Under the pieces are notes generated by a model. It made no database searches and was not told the DNA's origin. It saw only the letters and a program-made list of their open reading frames with translations. Below, in pieces: positions 20,601 to 32,600 of a DNA stretch of 64,000 nt. Numbering within the stretch: the first letter of the stretch is position 1; every line of letters begins with the position of its first letter. The DNA is from a virus: IMG/VR virus record IMGVR_UViG_3300024261_000007, positions 1-64,000 of that record; one strand, 5' to 3'. A program made the translations under genes and the position numbers.

Positions 20601-23600
20601 AGCGATATAATATTATTGCAGACAATCCTCAAGATTATAACGAAGAAGTTACAAGAGAACTTGTGACTTACGCAAGCTTGCTTGTGAGTTCTAAAAATGA
20701 AGGTCTTTTGATTGATGACAATATTTTAAAAAATATTGACGAATATCATGAAATTGTTAGTAATCAAGATAAACTAAGCATAGATGTAGTTAATCCGACA
20801 GAATTTACTATATATGCATCGTTAAAAAATCAAAAAGCTTCAGACTACAATAGTGAGTCTATATACGAAATTAAATCAAACTTTAAAACAAACTACTTAG
20901 GGAATCTTAAATATACAGCAAACTCAATGGAAGGTAAAACACTGTCAGGTCCTTCTAATTCAGGTATTTTTTCTGATAGATTAAGAAATGAAAGGGCTTT
21001 AGAAAAAAATAGATCACGCTTTAAATCAAATTCTGGAAAAATAATAAATGAAAATTATTCTTCAGACAATGTGATCTTATGTAATTACATTTTAAAACCT
21101 GAAGACAAATTGATTTTTGGAGCAACTTCTTATTCAAATGGAGAAGTTATGTCAACAGTAACTAAGCTTCATGATAAAATTGAAATTATATTAATAGGAA
21201 GAGAAGTTAAAAATAAAAATATAAATAATACAAATAGTCAAAATGATAGTATTAGTAAAATTATTACTGGTCATAATCGACACGCTAAGGGTGAAAATTT
21301 TTCAATTCAAGGAAATAAAAACTTTTTTGACAGAATATGGAATGATTATGATAATTTTAAAATTTATGACTCAAGCTTAGCAAACTTAAATAATAGAAAA
21401 ATAAAGAGCTATAAATCAGAAACAAAAACAAACTCTAATGTATTAAAGCTTTTAAATAAAAAAAATATAAATAACTCAACAGTATATTATAAAAAAGATA
21501 CAGTTTTACCTTCAGTTTCAAATATTTTACTTAATGGTTATGATAAAAATCTTTTGTCTGACGTGGAAGCTTCAGATAATTTAAATCTTTACAAAGAAAA
21601 CAAAACGTTAAGAAAAGTTTTAATATCAGACAGCATTAATCAAACAGAAATAGATAATATTTTATCGCAAAACGAAACACACTCTACATTTAACAATATG
21701 TACTCAAATATTATTAATGATTGGCATGAAGTTTATATTTTCAACGATCAGAGATTTGAAAGTTTATTAAATAGTTCAAGTGTATTATCTGAAGAGAATT
21801 CAAATTATATTGACGCTGGTGACGTTCTATCCATTTATTATGATATCAATAGTTATTCTATTGGAGGAAACTACGATTTATTATCAGAAACTAAAACAAG
21901 CGATGAAAGCAAGCTAATTAGAACTGTTTTAGAAGGAGATATAAACAATAATTTTATTGACTCATACAACTTTACAATTAATACTATAAAAAGTTATCTT
22001 ACACCTTCTTCTTCACTCCTTAATTATCAAGAAGGATCTTATATCAAGAAGTTTAATGCATCGCAGTGTTTAAACACAGACTTGAGTTATGTTTCTTTAC
22101 CTCATGTCACAAATGGTCTGCCAGACTTAAAAACAGGATTTTCTAACAGGACAGGGAGCAATAATTTATATGAAACAATTTCTCATTATCATCTAAACAT
22201 AGGTCGCAGTAACAGTCTTTTAACATACGCGAATTTTGATTTAGACCATTCGGAAGAAAGATTTGGTTTGTGGGAATTTTTAGATATAAACGATTTAAGA
22301 GTCACTAAATTCAATTCTTTTGTTGAAAGTAACGTATTGATTGAAAACATAAAAAGTACAAATCAAGCAGACTATATTGAAATTAGCGAAGCTTCTATGC
22401 AATATTTAAATATAGACAATTTAAGCTTTGACTTTGTTGAAAACAACTTAACCAAGGACTTGGAGAAAAAGCATAAATCTTCTTGGTATTTTGTTTTAGA
22501 AATAACAGACGCACAAACAACTCAAATAATTACAGAATTACAAACAAATGATAATAATGAATACAGCTTTGAATCATATTATAATAAAAATATAGCTATT
22601 GACTTAACACCTTCTGTAGAAGATCCAAGCAATCCAGGCATTCATATCCTCTATGACTCTGTTAAGCTTAGAGAAAGTGTTTTTGGAGAAAATCAAAGTA
22701 CAGACCCAATACATATATTACACAGAACTGCAAGGATAATTAAAAAAGATGAAAACAAAGCAGGTGACGTTAATAAAATCATAATTCCTTTATATTTTTG
22801 GGAGACAAAAGAAGTAGATGGTTTTTACATAGAATATAATTTAAACAACAACAACACGAGATCAGAAAATAAAAAACACCCAAGATATTCTTTTGACCTG
22901 TACCAAAGTATTACAGGTTTAATAGAATATACAGGTTCGTTTACTGGTTTACAGAATTCTCTTAATTATAACCTTAACAAAAGAATTGATGCTATATATA
23001 CTTCTTTGGGAATTGGAGAAAACTGGTGGGATCATCAGCTTTTTAGATACTCTATAAGAAGAAAGCCTGAATTTTACAAAAATTTAGCAGGTAACTGGAT
23101 TGGACATTTATCAAACGGTCAAACTGTTTCATCTCAAATACCAGTATCAACTGGTTACGGTAACAAGTATAATGTGTACAATCCTTTTGTTTCTACTACA
23201 GGAGCTGAGCAAATACAAAATAATAAAATTTTTAGTAATTTATACTCTTTGTATGGTATGATTAACTGGATAGAAAACATTGAAGATTTAAATATAGCTT
23301 TACCGGGCAATGACAATCCAAGTCAATTTATACATAATTATTTTAGGATTATTGATGAAAGTATTTGGGGTTCAACTATTCCTCCGGATCCTCTTGTACA
23401 GGATCCAAATTCAAGCTTTAACGTTGTTTCTCAAAGAGTGTACCCGTTTGGTGAAAGTAAAGTCAGTATACCTTACAACATACAAGAGTTAAATGATTTA
23501 TCCTCAAGTCCTGATATGTATCATCCTGACATGGTTGGTAAACTAATATGGTCGCAAAGTCTTTATAACAGCCCAAAAAAGTTTTATATTAAGCTAAGTA

Positions 23601-25138
23601 AAACAAAAAATAAAAATGATAGTACTTCTAAGAATACTTTTACAATTAAAAATATTAATACGGAACAACTAAATTTAGAAGAAAATGTATTAAAAAACAA
23701 AAAATATTTTTCTAGCTTTTTTGCTTTGAATAATAAAAGAAGTGTAATTGAAGAAAAAGAAAATTTAAATATTGAAAATGTGAATCTTGAAGATGAAAAC
23801 TTTTATTTAAACGAAAAAGTTTACACGTCAAATATTAGATTTTATAAAAACAATAAGTATAACAAGTCAAAGTATAAAATGGTTTACAAAGTTAAACTTT
23901 TTAATGACTTGAGTTATGCAGTAAGTTCCACTAAAAGTGCTGATTCGAGTAAAGAAATAAAAAATTATGTTGACAAGAATGACAGTATTTTTAAAAATAT
24001 TATAAATGCAGCTTATCCTAATTTCTATCCTTATTACACAATTCAGCCTTATACAATTGAAAACAGTAATTATATTTTTAAAAAAAATAAACATACAGAA
24101 TCATGCTTAGTATATGATAGCACGATAAATAGATACAATAACATGTCTAATCTTAGTAACGAGGAAAAGTCTAAAGATGGTTTAATTACTCCAATAAACT
24201 CTTCTTATGAAAAATACAATAACGGGTTATATTATTACAACAACAAAAATGAAAAGCTAGAAAAAACAAGTCAGCTTGTAAAGAAAACACTTAGAATTTA
24301 TGAAGATGATTTATCTAAAAACTATAACGAAATTAACTTGCAAAATAATGTATATTCAAGGTATGCAGCAAACTTAGATGACCAAGAAGACATACGCTCA
24401 GGTTTGTCTTCACCTTATTTTGAGATTGATTTAAATGATATTACTCAAATAGATAATCATGTTCCAGCAAATGAACATTTTGATTTTTCTACGTTAGGTG
24501 ATGATAATATTGTTGAAAGTAGAAACATAACTTTAGATCAAAGACTTTCCTCACAATTATTAGATTATTCGGGTATTGACATGCCTAGCGAAAGCTATTA
24601 CAGGAGATCTATTCCTTATACATACAACAAGATTGTTAAAAATTTGCCAACAAGATTTTCTCAAGACTATCAACAAGAAAGATATTCAAAATATAAAAAT
24701 GCAGGTTCTCCTGTATTTGTTTTTGATAATGAAGATGTAGGAATAGGAGGCTCATATTATAATATTACTGAATTGGAAGAAAAATCTAAAATATTCTTTT
24801 ATGGTTATTCAAGGAAGTCTATATACAAATACCCAATAGAAAAACTGGACAGGTTCAAATATGGTGTAGAAAATGCAAGTAAGGAATCTGAAAGTGTTTA
24901 TTGGGAACAAGGTAGCTATGGTCACTATGCTGATAAGATCTTGGGTAGCACAAACTTTGCAAGAACATACCAGAATTCTAACGGTTCGTATTTTATAGAT
25001 TACACTGTTTTTAAAAAGTTTTTTAATATTGATGATCGCATATTTGAATTAAGTCCTTTAACTACAAACTATTCTGAAACTTATAATAAAGATATTCACT
25101 CAAGATCTTTTGCACCTTTTTATGATGCTAGTAGTTAA
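17687..25138 (+). CDS. Very large (2483 aa) hypothetical virion protein
   Basis: Uninterrupted 7.4-kb ORF in very AT-rich DNA, Asn/Ser/Tyr-rich, in a structural gene context. No family recognised. Confidence 0.7.
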   Translation: MSNYSNFIVNNIEVLKKNNTLVNSQEIIDVLQDAFESGTGSDPALLFGGLRVSVYFPLNGVNLDERVSSSLISQNPTSSIDVNPIFKSRLAPLSTLKNDLEIYFKSIKIKLKAKEAVLDPSFLFNPPLSNSFINSNSIVNNKFSLDFDNVNTRIINLNISSSISQNDEDLSNFLTFDIILVKNYQGDLVFNYDDTSYTLDNLDINRIDEIFDIDSDSIASYLLSDNLFLKIDAKDLSVKKSGFKNKSIKKLINEKYSLDNSSPLKFEITGEYLQESKIEFDDSNTIDFTGTADMHVSVDGPITELSDTTTRNKYLNFKKFTSISSQNNVYDDRFLLHNTHIYDLPYDIDDTFKTTKSITKNKVENLIKQKRNTFTQTPFNENRFDHDHNIKISGSQKRQDWETATLDDEIAEGYDIRNQKQIKITLDFSSNVDLHLMNTKFTFNLPDPNLVFSDRDGQSQIPGYNEVRVNIDRQLGTIDSNSFATVQDNLKNTKYFNFVSTPSTYSSHFMPTAYWDFNNNKWDYLEGVVLDKDSPLITQQYDLNLAADQGIKSFDLFGSKNNSVLKDLYMSFNNILSNPKVLSEELYFTEASFLKTNDGEYYLSSFLRSKKPILTTPSFRNDAGFLSSESYLSSNKSYLTQITSSYNFPGGPNWQHKNDHVLDMSKYITQDFLLEKIIIKGKYTMKAEMPVSKGNFADCYRDGVNNSQVDSTGKLVESYDYKDNHQGFISNNITFFLLNERKNLNLQDKKVEKLKHQSYFLVPTYDGGAIQSIKNEDGSDNLNNNPGLNENIPYTTSYYDAKNISTVNTFVIDKAIELSDPPTFDMEEKSLSRYEKDFNLYTRVYSGVINDYVSYLSWFEEQTTLGSHGRNEFDARIIPFEVLSNTVFENNSFNNKIFKNKENGKDFIKRKKNCFVHLEEFSDQTIEQQTNFVDYMVYNNFKNIESNIAKTTMADSNYNILQDFQNNNENVQRYNIIADNPQDYNEEVTRELVTYASLLVSSKNEGLLIDDNILKNIDEYHEIVSNQDKLSIDVVNPTEFTIYASLKNQKASDYNSESIYEIKSNFKTNYLGNLKYTANSMEGKTLSGPSNSGIFSDRLRNERALEKNRSRFKSNSGKIINENYSSDNVILCNYILKPEDKLIFGATSYSNGEVMSTVTKLHDKIEIILIGREVKNKNINNTNSQNDSISKIITGHNRHAKGENFSIQGNKNFFDRIWNDYDNFKIYDSSLANLNNRKIKSYKSETKTNSNVLKLLNKKNINNSTVYYKKDTVLPSVSNILLNGYDKNLLSDVEASDNLNLYKENKTLRKVLISDSINQTEIDNILSQNETHSTFNNMYSNIINDWHEVYIFNDQRFESLLNSSSVLSEENSNYIDAGDVLSIYYDINSYSIGGNYDLLSETKTSDESKLIRTVLEGDINNNFIDSYNFTINTIKSYLTPSSSLLNYQEGSYIKKFNASQCLNTDLSYVSLPHVTNGLPDLKTGFSNRTGSNNLYETISHYHLNIGRSNSLLTYANFDLDHSEERFGLWEFLDINDLRVTKFNSFVESNVLIENIKSTNQADYIEISEASMQYLNIDNLSFDFVENNLTKDLEKKHKSSWYFVLEITDAQTTQIITELQTNDNNEYSFESYYNKNIAIDLTPSVEDPSNPGIHILYDSVKLRESVFGENQSTDPIHILHRTARIIKKDENKAGDVNKIIIPLYFWETKEVDGFYIEYNLNNNNTRSENKKHPRYSFDLYQSITGLIEYTGSFTGLQNSLNYNLNKRIDAIYTSLGIGENWWDHQLFRYSIRRKPEFYKNLAGNWIGHLSNGQTVSSQIPVSTGYGNKYNVYNPFVSTTGAEQIQNNKIFSNLYSLYGMINWIENIEDLNIALPGNDNPSQFIHNYFRIIDESIWGSTIPPDPLVQDPNSSFNVVSQRVYPFGESKVSIPYNIQELNDLSSSPDMYHPDMVGKLIWSQSLYNSPKKFYIKLSKTKNKNDSTSKNTFTIKNINTEQLNLEENVLKNKKYFSSFFALNNKRSVIEEKENLNIENVNLEDENFYLNEKVYTSNIRFYKNNKYNKSKYKMVYKVKLFNDLSYAVSSTKSADSSKEIKNYVDKNDSIFKNIINAAYPNFYPYYTIQPYTIENSNYIFKKNKHTESCLVYDSTINRYNNMSNLSNEEKSKDGLITPINSSYEKYNNGLYYYNNKNEKLEKTSQLVKKTLRIYEDDLSKNYNEINLQNNVYSRYAANLDDQEDIRSGLSSPYFEIDLNDITQIDNHVPANEHFDFSTLGDDNIVESRNITLDQRLSSQLLDYSGIDMPSESYYRRSIPYTYNKIVKNLPTRFSQDYQQERYSKYKNAGSPVFVFDNEDVGIGGSYYNITELEEKSKIFFYGYSRKSIYKYPIEKLDRFKYGVENASKESESVYWEQGSYGHYADKILGSTNFARTYQNSNGSYFIDYTVFKKFFNIDDRIFELSPLTTNYSETYNKDIHSRSFAPFYDASS

Positions 25139-25193
25139 TAGACAATTATTGTATTAGTTCGATAATTGATTTTAAGAAGTACACAAAACTAAG

Positions 25194-25212
25194 ATAATTA
25201 ATATTGTAATAA
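25194..25212 (+). promoter_or_regulatory. Candidate late promoter element ATAATTAATATTGTAATAA
   Basis: Identical 19-mer at 53397-53415. It is followed by an AAGGA SD and ATG 25227. Confidence 0.55.
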
Positions 25213-25226
25213 GGAAATTTAAATAA

Positions 25227-26327
25227 ATGGCAGGAATATTAGACAAAAAAGAAAGAATATTTGATTTTGTTATAACAGAGAATGGTCGTTCTCAAATACA
25301 AAACAACGATATCAGATACAAGTATGCATCATTGTCTGATTTTTCTACTGTTTACACTAAAAAAGAAAATATTGACCAAACTTTTACAAATAAAAATGAA
25401 ATATCTGATGTAGATTTGAGTAACTTATTTTTAGAGGTTACAACAAAATCAAACAATAATTTAAATTATGAATTGAACTTGTCTGATTTTGTATCTTTTG
25501 ATAACAACAACTTAAACGGTCAACCACAAAACAGTATTAATTTTACAGATGTAAACGTAAACAAAGGTTTAAGCTTAGGTGAGTCTATAATTAATCTTAA
25601 GTTATTGTCAACAGAAAACAAAATAAATGATGAGGCAAAATTTACTTTTGTTGATAATGGTTATTTACATAACGATTTTGAATTTGAAGATGTAAAAGAA
25701 AGCTTTTATACGCTTAAAAAGAAAGATGTAAATAAAAAAAATATACCTGCCATAGTAAATGATAAAAAATTTAAAGATAAAAGTAACTTTAAAGTAATGA
25801 TGCCATTGAGTGTAGATGGAACAGCATTATATAAAGACAGTGATTTTTCAAAAAAAGAAAATATAGAAAACTATTTTTCTGACAATAAGTTTTTTAAGTA
25901 TTATAAACACTTTAATTCTGGATATCAAGCAATTGACAGTAATTTAGAAAAGAAAATATTGGCAAGTATTATTAAAGATTTAGAAAAAAGACCTGATGCA
26001 ATAAAAAGAGTCTACAAGCTGGAAAAGTTTTCTAATGATAATAGCTTTATGTTTGAAATGTTTGAGTCTTCTTTGACTGATGTGGGTATTCTTAAAAAAA
26101 TGTTTATTATTAAAACAGGAGAATTTTATGATGAAGAAGACAATACAATTAAAAGAGTCTATCAAGCAGGACATATTATAAACACAAGAAATGATGTGGA
26201 TGAAACTTTAAAAGAAGTTTTTTCTCTTAAAAATGAGAATCCAAACTATTCAAACAATAATGTTAAATCATTTGCGCTATCAGCTTTTTATAGTTTTATT
26301 GTTTTGTTTACAATAGTTATTGAATAA
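25227..26327 (+). CDS. Virion protein, N-terminus paralogous to 36349..37104
   Basis: MAGILDKKERIFDFVITENGRSQI...YASLSD aligns with MGFLNH...IIDAVLTERGRELL...SFSFGD. Confidence 0.55.
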   Translation: MAGILDKKERIFDFVITENGRSQIQNNDIRYKYASLSDFSTVYTKKENIDQTFTNKNEISDVDLSNLFLEVTTKSNNNLNYELNLSDFVSFDNNNLNGQPQNSINFTDVNVNKGLSLGESIINLKLLSTENKINDEAKFTFVDNGYLHNDFEFEDVKESFYTLKKKDVNKKNIPAIVNDKKFKDKSNFKVMMPLSVDGTALYKDSDFSKKENIENYFSDNKFFKYYKHFNSGYQAIDSNLEKKILASIIKDLEKRPDAIKRVYKLEKFSNDNSFMFEMFESSLTDVGILKKMFIIKTGEFYDEEDNTIKRVYQAGHIINTRNDVDETLKEVFSLKNENPNYSNNNVKSFALSAFYSFIVLFTIVIE

Positions 26328-26342
26328 AGAAAGTTATAATTA

Positions 26343-29300
26343 ATGTACATAGTAAATAATAATCAAAAAATAAACTTTAATTTAAATAAAAACTTAATTT
26401 ATACAATTAGCAATGATTCTTCAGGACAGCAGAAGTTTAACTATTATATTCCAATAAGCTTAGACTTAAGGTCTTTAAATAAAATAAAAAAAATTAAATT
26501 AGACTTTTTTGATAGCAGTACTTTTTCAAATGTTTTTAATAATAAACTTTTTAATGAAACAAGTGATTTTAAAAGTCATAAATCTAACAATGACTTTGCT
26601 CTAAAATTTAAAGAAGACATAAGAAAAAATATATATCCACGTTATAATAATTTACTAAATATTAATTCTCAAAGTCTTAATAGAAATGAAAGTTTTATTT
26701 CTGAAGAAAAAGTTGTTGATGCGAATAATATTAGAAGTTTTTTTTCCCCAACGAATAATAGATCAGCAACAATCGAGGAATTATTAGACTTTCAATCTTC
26801 TCATCTGAACGAAGATACTCATCTTGGTGCCGGCCAGACGACGAGTGAAAACAGAAGTAGTATGTTTTTTTCATTCATCTATATATTTGCAGTCGGAGCA
26901 TCAAATTCTCAATTAATATATAATAATCAAGTTAACAAAATTAGAATTTCTTTTTTTGATGAAAGCAACAACTTAATTTCAAAGTCTATAGTTGAGTCTG
27001 TTGATTTTAACAATATACATAATGAAAACAACCATATAAATTCAAACATATACTATTATGAAAATTTTTCTGGTATTTCTGAAAATATTAATTTAAATTT
27101 TAGCTCTTCTGTTGATATAGATAATCTTAATTTAGATATATTAGGACTTGAAGACTTAAGCACTCTAAATATTACAAGTCTTCAAGCAGATATACGTAGT
27201 ATAGAAACAGAATCAAGTATTAGCCAAAATTATGAATATAATTCTGCAGTTAGACAAACAAATTCAATTAGAATAAATCATCAAAATGAAAGACTAGATA
27301 GTTTTATCGATGATTTGTTATACCAGTATTACTTTACAGAAAATCAAAATTTTGAATTTGATGTTAGACTCTCAATTAATTTTAATGAAAACGAAAGCTT
27401 AAACGAAAGATTTTCTGATAGTTATAATTTAATATTTGTAAAAAGTCTAAAATTAAATAGAAATTCTTCTTTTTTCAATACTATGATTTCAAACAACAGA
27501 CATTTAAGGTATTTAAATGAAATTATTAGCAATATTAGCTTAGATCAAGAGTGCGAAAAAATCAATAATGACATACTAAAAGTTTTTATAACATCAAATG
27601 GAAGTTTTGTTGATACAAATGTTTTAAAAAAAATAGTCGTAAAAGAAATTAAGAAAAACAATGTTTCTATTATACAAAGAATATATACTAAGCCTGAACC
27701 TTTATTTTCTAACAAAGCTAACTTTATTGACAAAAGTTTAGACAATATTTTAAACTCAGGAGACAATTTTAGCTATTATACAGACTTTAATGCAAAAGAA
27801 AATAATTTTTCAATTAAAATAGGATTAGATTTAGAAACTGGTGATGAAGCAATTGAAAACAATTTTAGCTCTACAAACTTTGTCTTTTCTAATACTTCTT
27901 CAAAAAAAAGAAATCTTGAAAAATTTAACAAAGCTTTTTCAAGATGTTTAAAAATAGAAGAAATTGAAAAAAACTTGCAGTTTAACGAAGAAAAAGACTC
28001 GTTTTTTAATATTAAAAACATTTCCGTAAGAAATATAAATTTACTTTCAGAGTTTGCACAGCAATTTGGCTATTTAGAAGAAAACACAGTAAGTTTAAAC
28101 GTTGTAAACTTTTTAAATAATTGTATAATTGCTTTAGAAAACGAGACTATTGTAAACGCACTTAAATTCAAGAACAATAAGAGTAACATATTTCTATTTA
28201 GTGATATTTTTATTGAAGAAAGCATAGAAAATACAAATCAAACATACTTCAATTTAAGAGAAAATTTTTCTGGTTTTGTTGTAAACACTGAAGATCTATA
28301 TTTACTAAATACATTAGACAACAGTCGTTTATTAAACTCTTTGTTTATAGACTATTATAAAAACAATGATGATAACTTAAGATATTCTATTCTTTTAGAT
28401 ACTTTGAGGTTAAATAAAAATATTATAATTGAAAATAGCATAAAAATATACATTATGCCAATACCAAAAATAATAAGTCAGTATAAAGGCTTAGGTATAG
28501 ATGATAATGACAATCCTATTAATTTAACGACAGAACAAAGTACCCAAATATCTAGCGGCGAAGATATTTTAATACAGAACAACATAACAATTAACACACA
28601 AATAAGAAAAAATTTGTCTTTAGCTTTGGAAGACTTCTTTTACTCATCTGATATTTCTTTAAATTATTCTAAGTACAAATCTTTTAAAGAAATATTAATG
28701 AAAAGTTTTGATGAAGTAAATATTATAAAATACTATGATATATTTGATTTTTTAATAAAAAGTAAAGTTTCGGGTCTCACAATAACAAAATTTAAAAATA
28801 CAATAAATCTTCAAGATGAATTTATTAGACTTGGAAGTAATATAGAAATTAATGTTGATTCTCACTTTGAAAATTTTAAAACGCAGTATTTAGAAGAAAA
28901 TTTAGTTAATAATTTTTTTGATATTAATCTACACTGTCAAGAAGAAAATATCGGTTTTGAATATTATTTAGATTTTAAAGAAAATTTATACTATAATCAA
29001 AATAGAATCAATTATTTTGTTACAAAAGAATTAAACTTTTGTCAGGATACAAGAAATCTTGACTTGTGTTTTAATTTAAATTCTTTGTTAGAATACAGTG
29101 ATTACTTAGAAATTACAAAAATTAACCCAATTATTAGATCATGTCCTATTATTATTATGACAAACAATAGTGGCGTAATTGAAGAAAGAATTTCTAACAA
29201 TATAAATCAAACAGAAATCTATAAGAATATTAGTTATAACGGTAAAGACTGTATAATTTATGGTCACAAATTTATAGTTAATGATCAAAGACAGGGTATC

Positions 29301-29657
29301 TTTGAAAATTTTACTAACAGTAGCTTATATTACAATTCATATTACATCGAAAAAATAGAAAACAACGTTAACTTAAAAATCAGACTAAACAGCAACAATC
29401 AGCCTGACACCTTTAAGAATAATTTTTATAGTTCAACGAGAGAATTTTTTGACTTTTGTATAAATAAAGAGTGTGACACTATAGAAGAAATACTTGAAAG
29501 ATTTAGTGTATCTTTTTCTGTTAAAAACAAAAATAATGAAACAAGTTTCTTTACTTTGTATTATAATAATTTTTACAATAAAAAACAAAAATTTCTTGAT
29601 TATAATGTTTTAATTAACAGAGCATCTTTTAATATTAAAAGCAAGACTTTAGTTTAA
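26343..29657 (+). CDS. Large Asn-rich hypothetical protein (1104 aa)
   Basis: Long ORF with no recognised motif. Confidence 0.65.
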   Translation: MYIVNNNQKINFNLNKNLIYTISNDSSGQQKFNYYIPISLDLRSLNKIKKIKLDFFDSSTFSNVFNNKLFNETSDFKSHKSNNDFALKFKEDIRKNIYPRYNNLLNINSQSLNRNESFISEEKVVDANNIRSFFSPTNNRSATIEELLDFQSSHLNEDTHLGAGQTTSENRSSMFFSFIYIFAVGASNSQLIYNNQVNKIRISFFDESNNLISKSIVESVDFNNIHNENNHINSNIYYYENFSGISENINLNFSSSVDIDNLNLDILGLEDLSTLNITSLQADIRSIETESSISQNYEYNSAVRQTNSIRINHQNERLDSFIDDLLYQYYFTENQNFEFDVRLSINFNENESLNERFSDSYNLIFVKSLKLNRNSSFFNTMISNNRHLRYLNEIISNISLDQECEKINNDILKVFITSNGSFVDTNVLKKIVVKEIKKNNVSIIQRIYTKPEPLFSNKANFIDKSLDNILNSGDNFSYYTDFNAKENNFSIKIGLDLETGDEAIENNFSSTNFVFSNTSSKKRNLEKFNKAFSRCLKIEEIEKNLQFNEEKDSFFNIKNISVRNINLLSEFAQQFGYLEENTVSLNVVNFLNNCIIALENETIVNALKFKNNKSNIFLFSDIFIEESIENTNQTYFNLRENFSGFVVNTEDLYLLNTLDNSRLLNSLFIDYYKNNDDNLRYSILLDTLRLNKNIIIENSIKIYIMPIPKIISQYKGLGIDDNDNPINLTTEQSTQISSGEDILIQNNITINTQIRKNLSLALEDFFYSSDISLNYSKYKSFKEILMKSFDEVNIIKYYDIFDFLIKSKVSGLTITKFKNTINLQDEFIRLGSNIEINVDSHFENFKTQYLEENLVNNFFDINLHCQEENIGFEYYLDFKENLYYNQNRINYFVTKELNFCQDTRNLDLCFNLNSLLEYSDYLEITKINPIIRSCPIIIMTNNSGVIEERISNNINQTEIYKNISYNGKDCIIYGHKFIVNDQRQGIFENFTNSSLYYNSYYIEKIENNVNLKIRLNSNNQPDTFKNNFYSSTREFFDFCINKECDTIEEILERFSVSFSVKNKNNETSFFTLYYNNFYNKKQKFLDYNVLINRASFNIKSKTLV

Positions 29658-29673
29658 TTTAAAAGGAAAAATA

Positions 29674-32600
29674 ATGAGCAGCGCAAATAACAATATTTTT
29701 AATCAAACTTTTGACAATGAATATACAGAAATTCAAAACATCATTAAAAAGCCTTCAGAAAATATAAGTGGCAACAAAGAAGTTGAGTTTTTAAGCTTAA
29801 TTGAGTCAAATGATAGTTTTATTGTGACTGTAGATGGATTTAATCAAGGTGTAGACTTTAGCATTAACTTAAATAACATTGAATACTCAGACTTAAACAA
29901 TACTTTTAAGAGACTAAGTCAAGATTTTAAATTTGTAAAATTAATGCATGATACTGTGTCTTTAGATGCAGCAAACTTTAAAGATTTAACAACTTTAATA
30001 GAGCATGCTGTTTTAGATAAAAAGCAAAATATTTTTGAAAACAGTTATTCAAAAAAAATATTGGAATATTATAATGAAAACAGTAATATTACAGATTTTG
30101 GTTTTACTACAAAAAACTTTTTAAATAAATTTAACAATATTTCTTACAATAATATTCAAAAACAAAACAAACCTTCTTTTCAAATTTTATTAAATAGTAG
30201 CCAAGATAATGAAAATGATTATGACGACGTAAATTCTTTAATTGCACAAGAGTTTTTTCATTCTCGAGGCAGAAGTTCTACAGTCTTAAAAGAAGCTTTG
30301 CTAGTTGATTATTCAAACTTGTCAATTCAAGATGATGAAAAATCTTTTACAAAACTTACTAAAGAAACTAACTCTGATTCTATTGTTCAAAGTTTTATAA
30401 ATTTTTCTCGAACTTTATACGCAATGTCGCATAAGTCTTATTTATTTAATTCATCATCATCTTATAATATTCAGCATCAATACTTAGACTATAGTTTAGA
30501 AAATTTAGATTTAATAAACTTAATTCCTGACTTTTACAGTTATGGAAATAACGGCTTAAATATATTTAACTATATTAACACAAAAAACAAAAGCTTTAAT
30601 TACAAAAACTATTTTAGAAAAAATAAAATACAGAATTACTCGTCAAACAAAAGTATTTTGCAAAAACCCAGAAACATTACGAATGACTTTAATAAAAATA
30701 GTAGTATGGTATACTTTATACCTAGTTCTAACTTAAACTTATTTGTAACAAATCAAATGGTTGATAGCTTGAGTTTAAGACTTGTATACCCACAAGATAA
30801 AATCAATTCTGCGCAAAGTAACCTTAAAAATTTTGAAGAATTATCTGGTGGGACCAGGAATAATGATACAGGAAATCAAAATATAATGCCTCCATGGTAT
30901 AAAAACTATGGATTTAAAATCTTAAACGAATTTAACAAATGTTTGACAGGATCCTTTTTTGACGTTAATTTAGATAGCGCATGTAAAAGTAAAGAGGATT
31001 TAAATATTTGGATTTTCTTTTTTAATTCATTGTACAAGAATTCACTTGATTTACAGGACGTTACTGCTAATGCTTCACCTCACAATTTAAGTTCAGCCGC
31101 ACTTCTTTTTTATGATACTGGTGTTATGGGTGATTTTGATGCACGACCAAATTTTGAAACAGTTAAAAATAAAATAGAAAATTCTGGTAATGAAAGTTTA
31201 ATGAATCCAAATGATGTTAGACCAGGTTTTGTTTATAATTATTTTAATTTTAAAGATCAAGGTCAAATATATTTAAAAGATCAACCTATTGTTAACTATG
31301 ATGGATTACAAGCTTCTAATAATGAATCTTTTAGCTTAGATTATAATACCGATTTTAAAGAAATTGATTTCAAACAAGACATTGATTTGCTAATAAAGAA
31401 AACAAAATTAAAAATTTTAGAAAATAAAAATATCAGCACGAAAATTTTTGACGAAATTATTGAAAACATAAAAAATTCTGATCACAATTCAATTTTGTTG
31501 TCTTATTGTGATACAGACGTAGATAAAAAGTCAGCTATAAATAAGAATAACCAGCTTTTTAAATTAATGTTTACAGAAGATGTATCTGAAATTGATGGTA
31601 TTGATAATAATTTTTATAGTCATATTGATCTCTTAGGTGATTTAAAAATTGCTGGAAAAAAATATTTAGGTTATTCTGAACTAAAAAATGAAAACAAAGA
31701 AGTCAGAAAAGAAGAAAAGAAAGTAAAAGAAAATCTAGTTAAATTTATTAATAACTATTACAGTGACAATATATTTTTTTCAAGCACAACTTTTTTTGAC
31801 TTTGTAATGAGTTCTATAATAAACGATAAAACATACTTTAATCTAAACTTAGGCGATGTAATACAAAGCAAAAAATCTTACGACTTTACAGATGTATTAA
31901 ATTGTCAAGCTTTATACTTTAATTATATTTTAAATGAAGATTCTAATGAAAATGCTTTAGAGCTAATAATTAAGAGATTTATTGAAAAAGCAATTCAAAT
32001 TGATAATGTATCAAGCGATATTATTAAAAATAGTTTAAACAATAAATTTTATTCTTATGACAACTCATCTTTGAGTATTGACGACTATGATGACGGTAAT
32101 AAAGAATCTTTAATTCAATATCAAAAAGATATTATTGACACTTCAGATAATCTTAAAATTATTAAAAACTCAGTTTTTTCTTTAGACAATATTAAAGATT
32201 TAAGTAGTTCATCACAGTATAAATTTATTAGTAATATTCGGACTGTTGATTATGCAAATACAACAAGCAATGTAGAAAACAACATTAATAACTCAAATAG
32301 ATCAGCAAGAGTTGAAAATATATTTAATAGTCTAACGCAGCCAGAAAATAATAATATAATAAACAAAAAGTTTGGGATAACAGCCAATATAGCTTGTAAT
32401 TTTTATCCAGGACATATGCTTTTTTATGGATTTAGATCTTTCTCAAGATTTGATAAAGACGGGGAAGTAATTTATGAAAAAACGATACATAACAAAATAA
32501 AAAGTGTACCAAACACAGATGACAAGAAATTTTTCATTGATAAAGAAAGAAACTTTAACATCGAGAAAGAAAGAAATATAAAATTAAAATTATCAGCTTA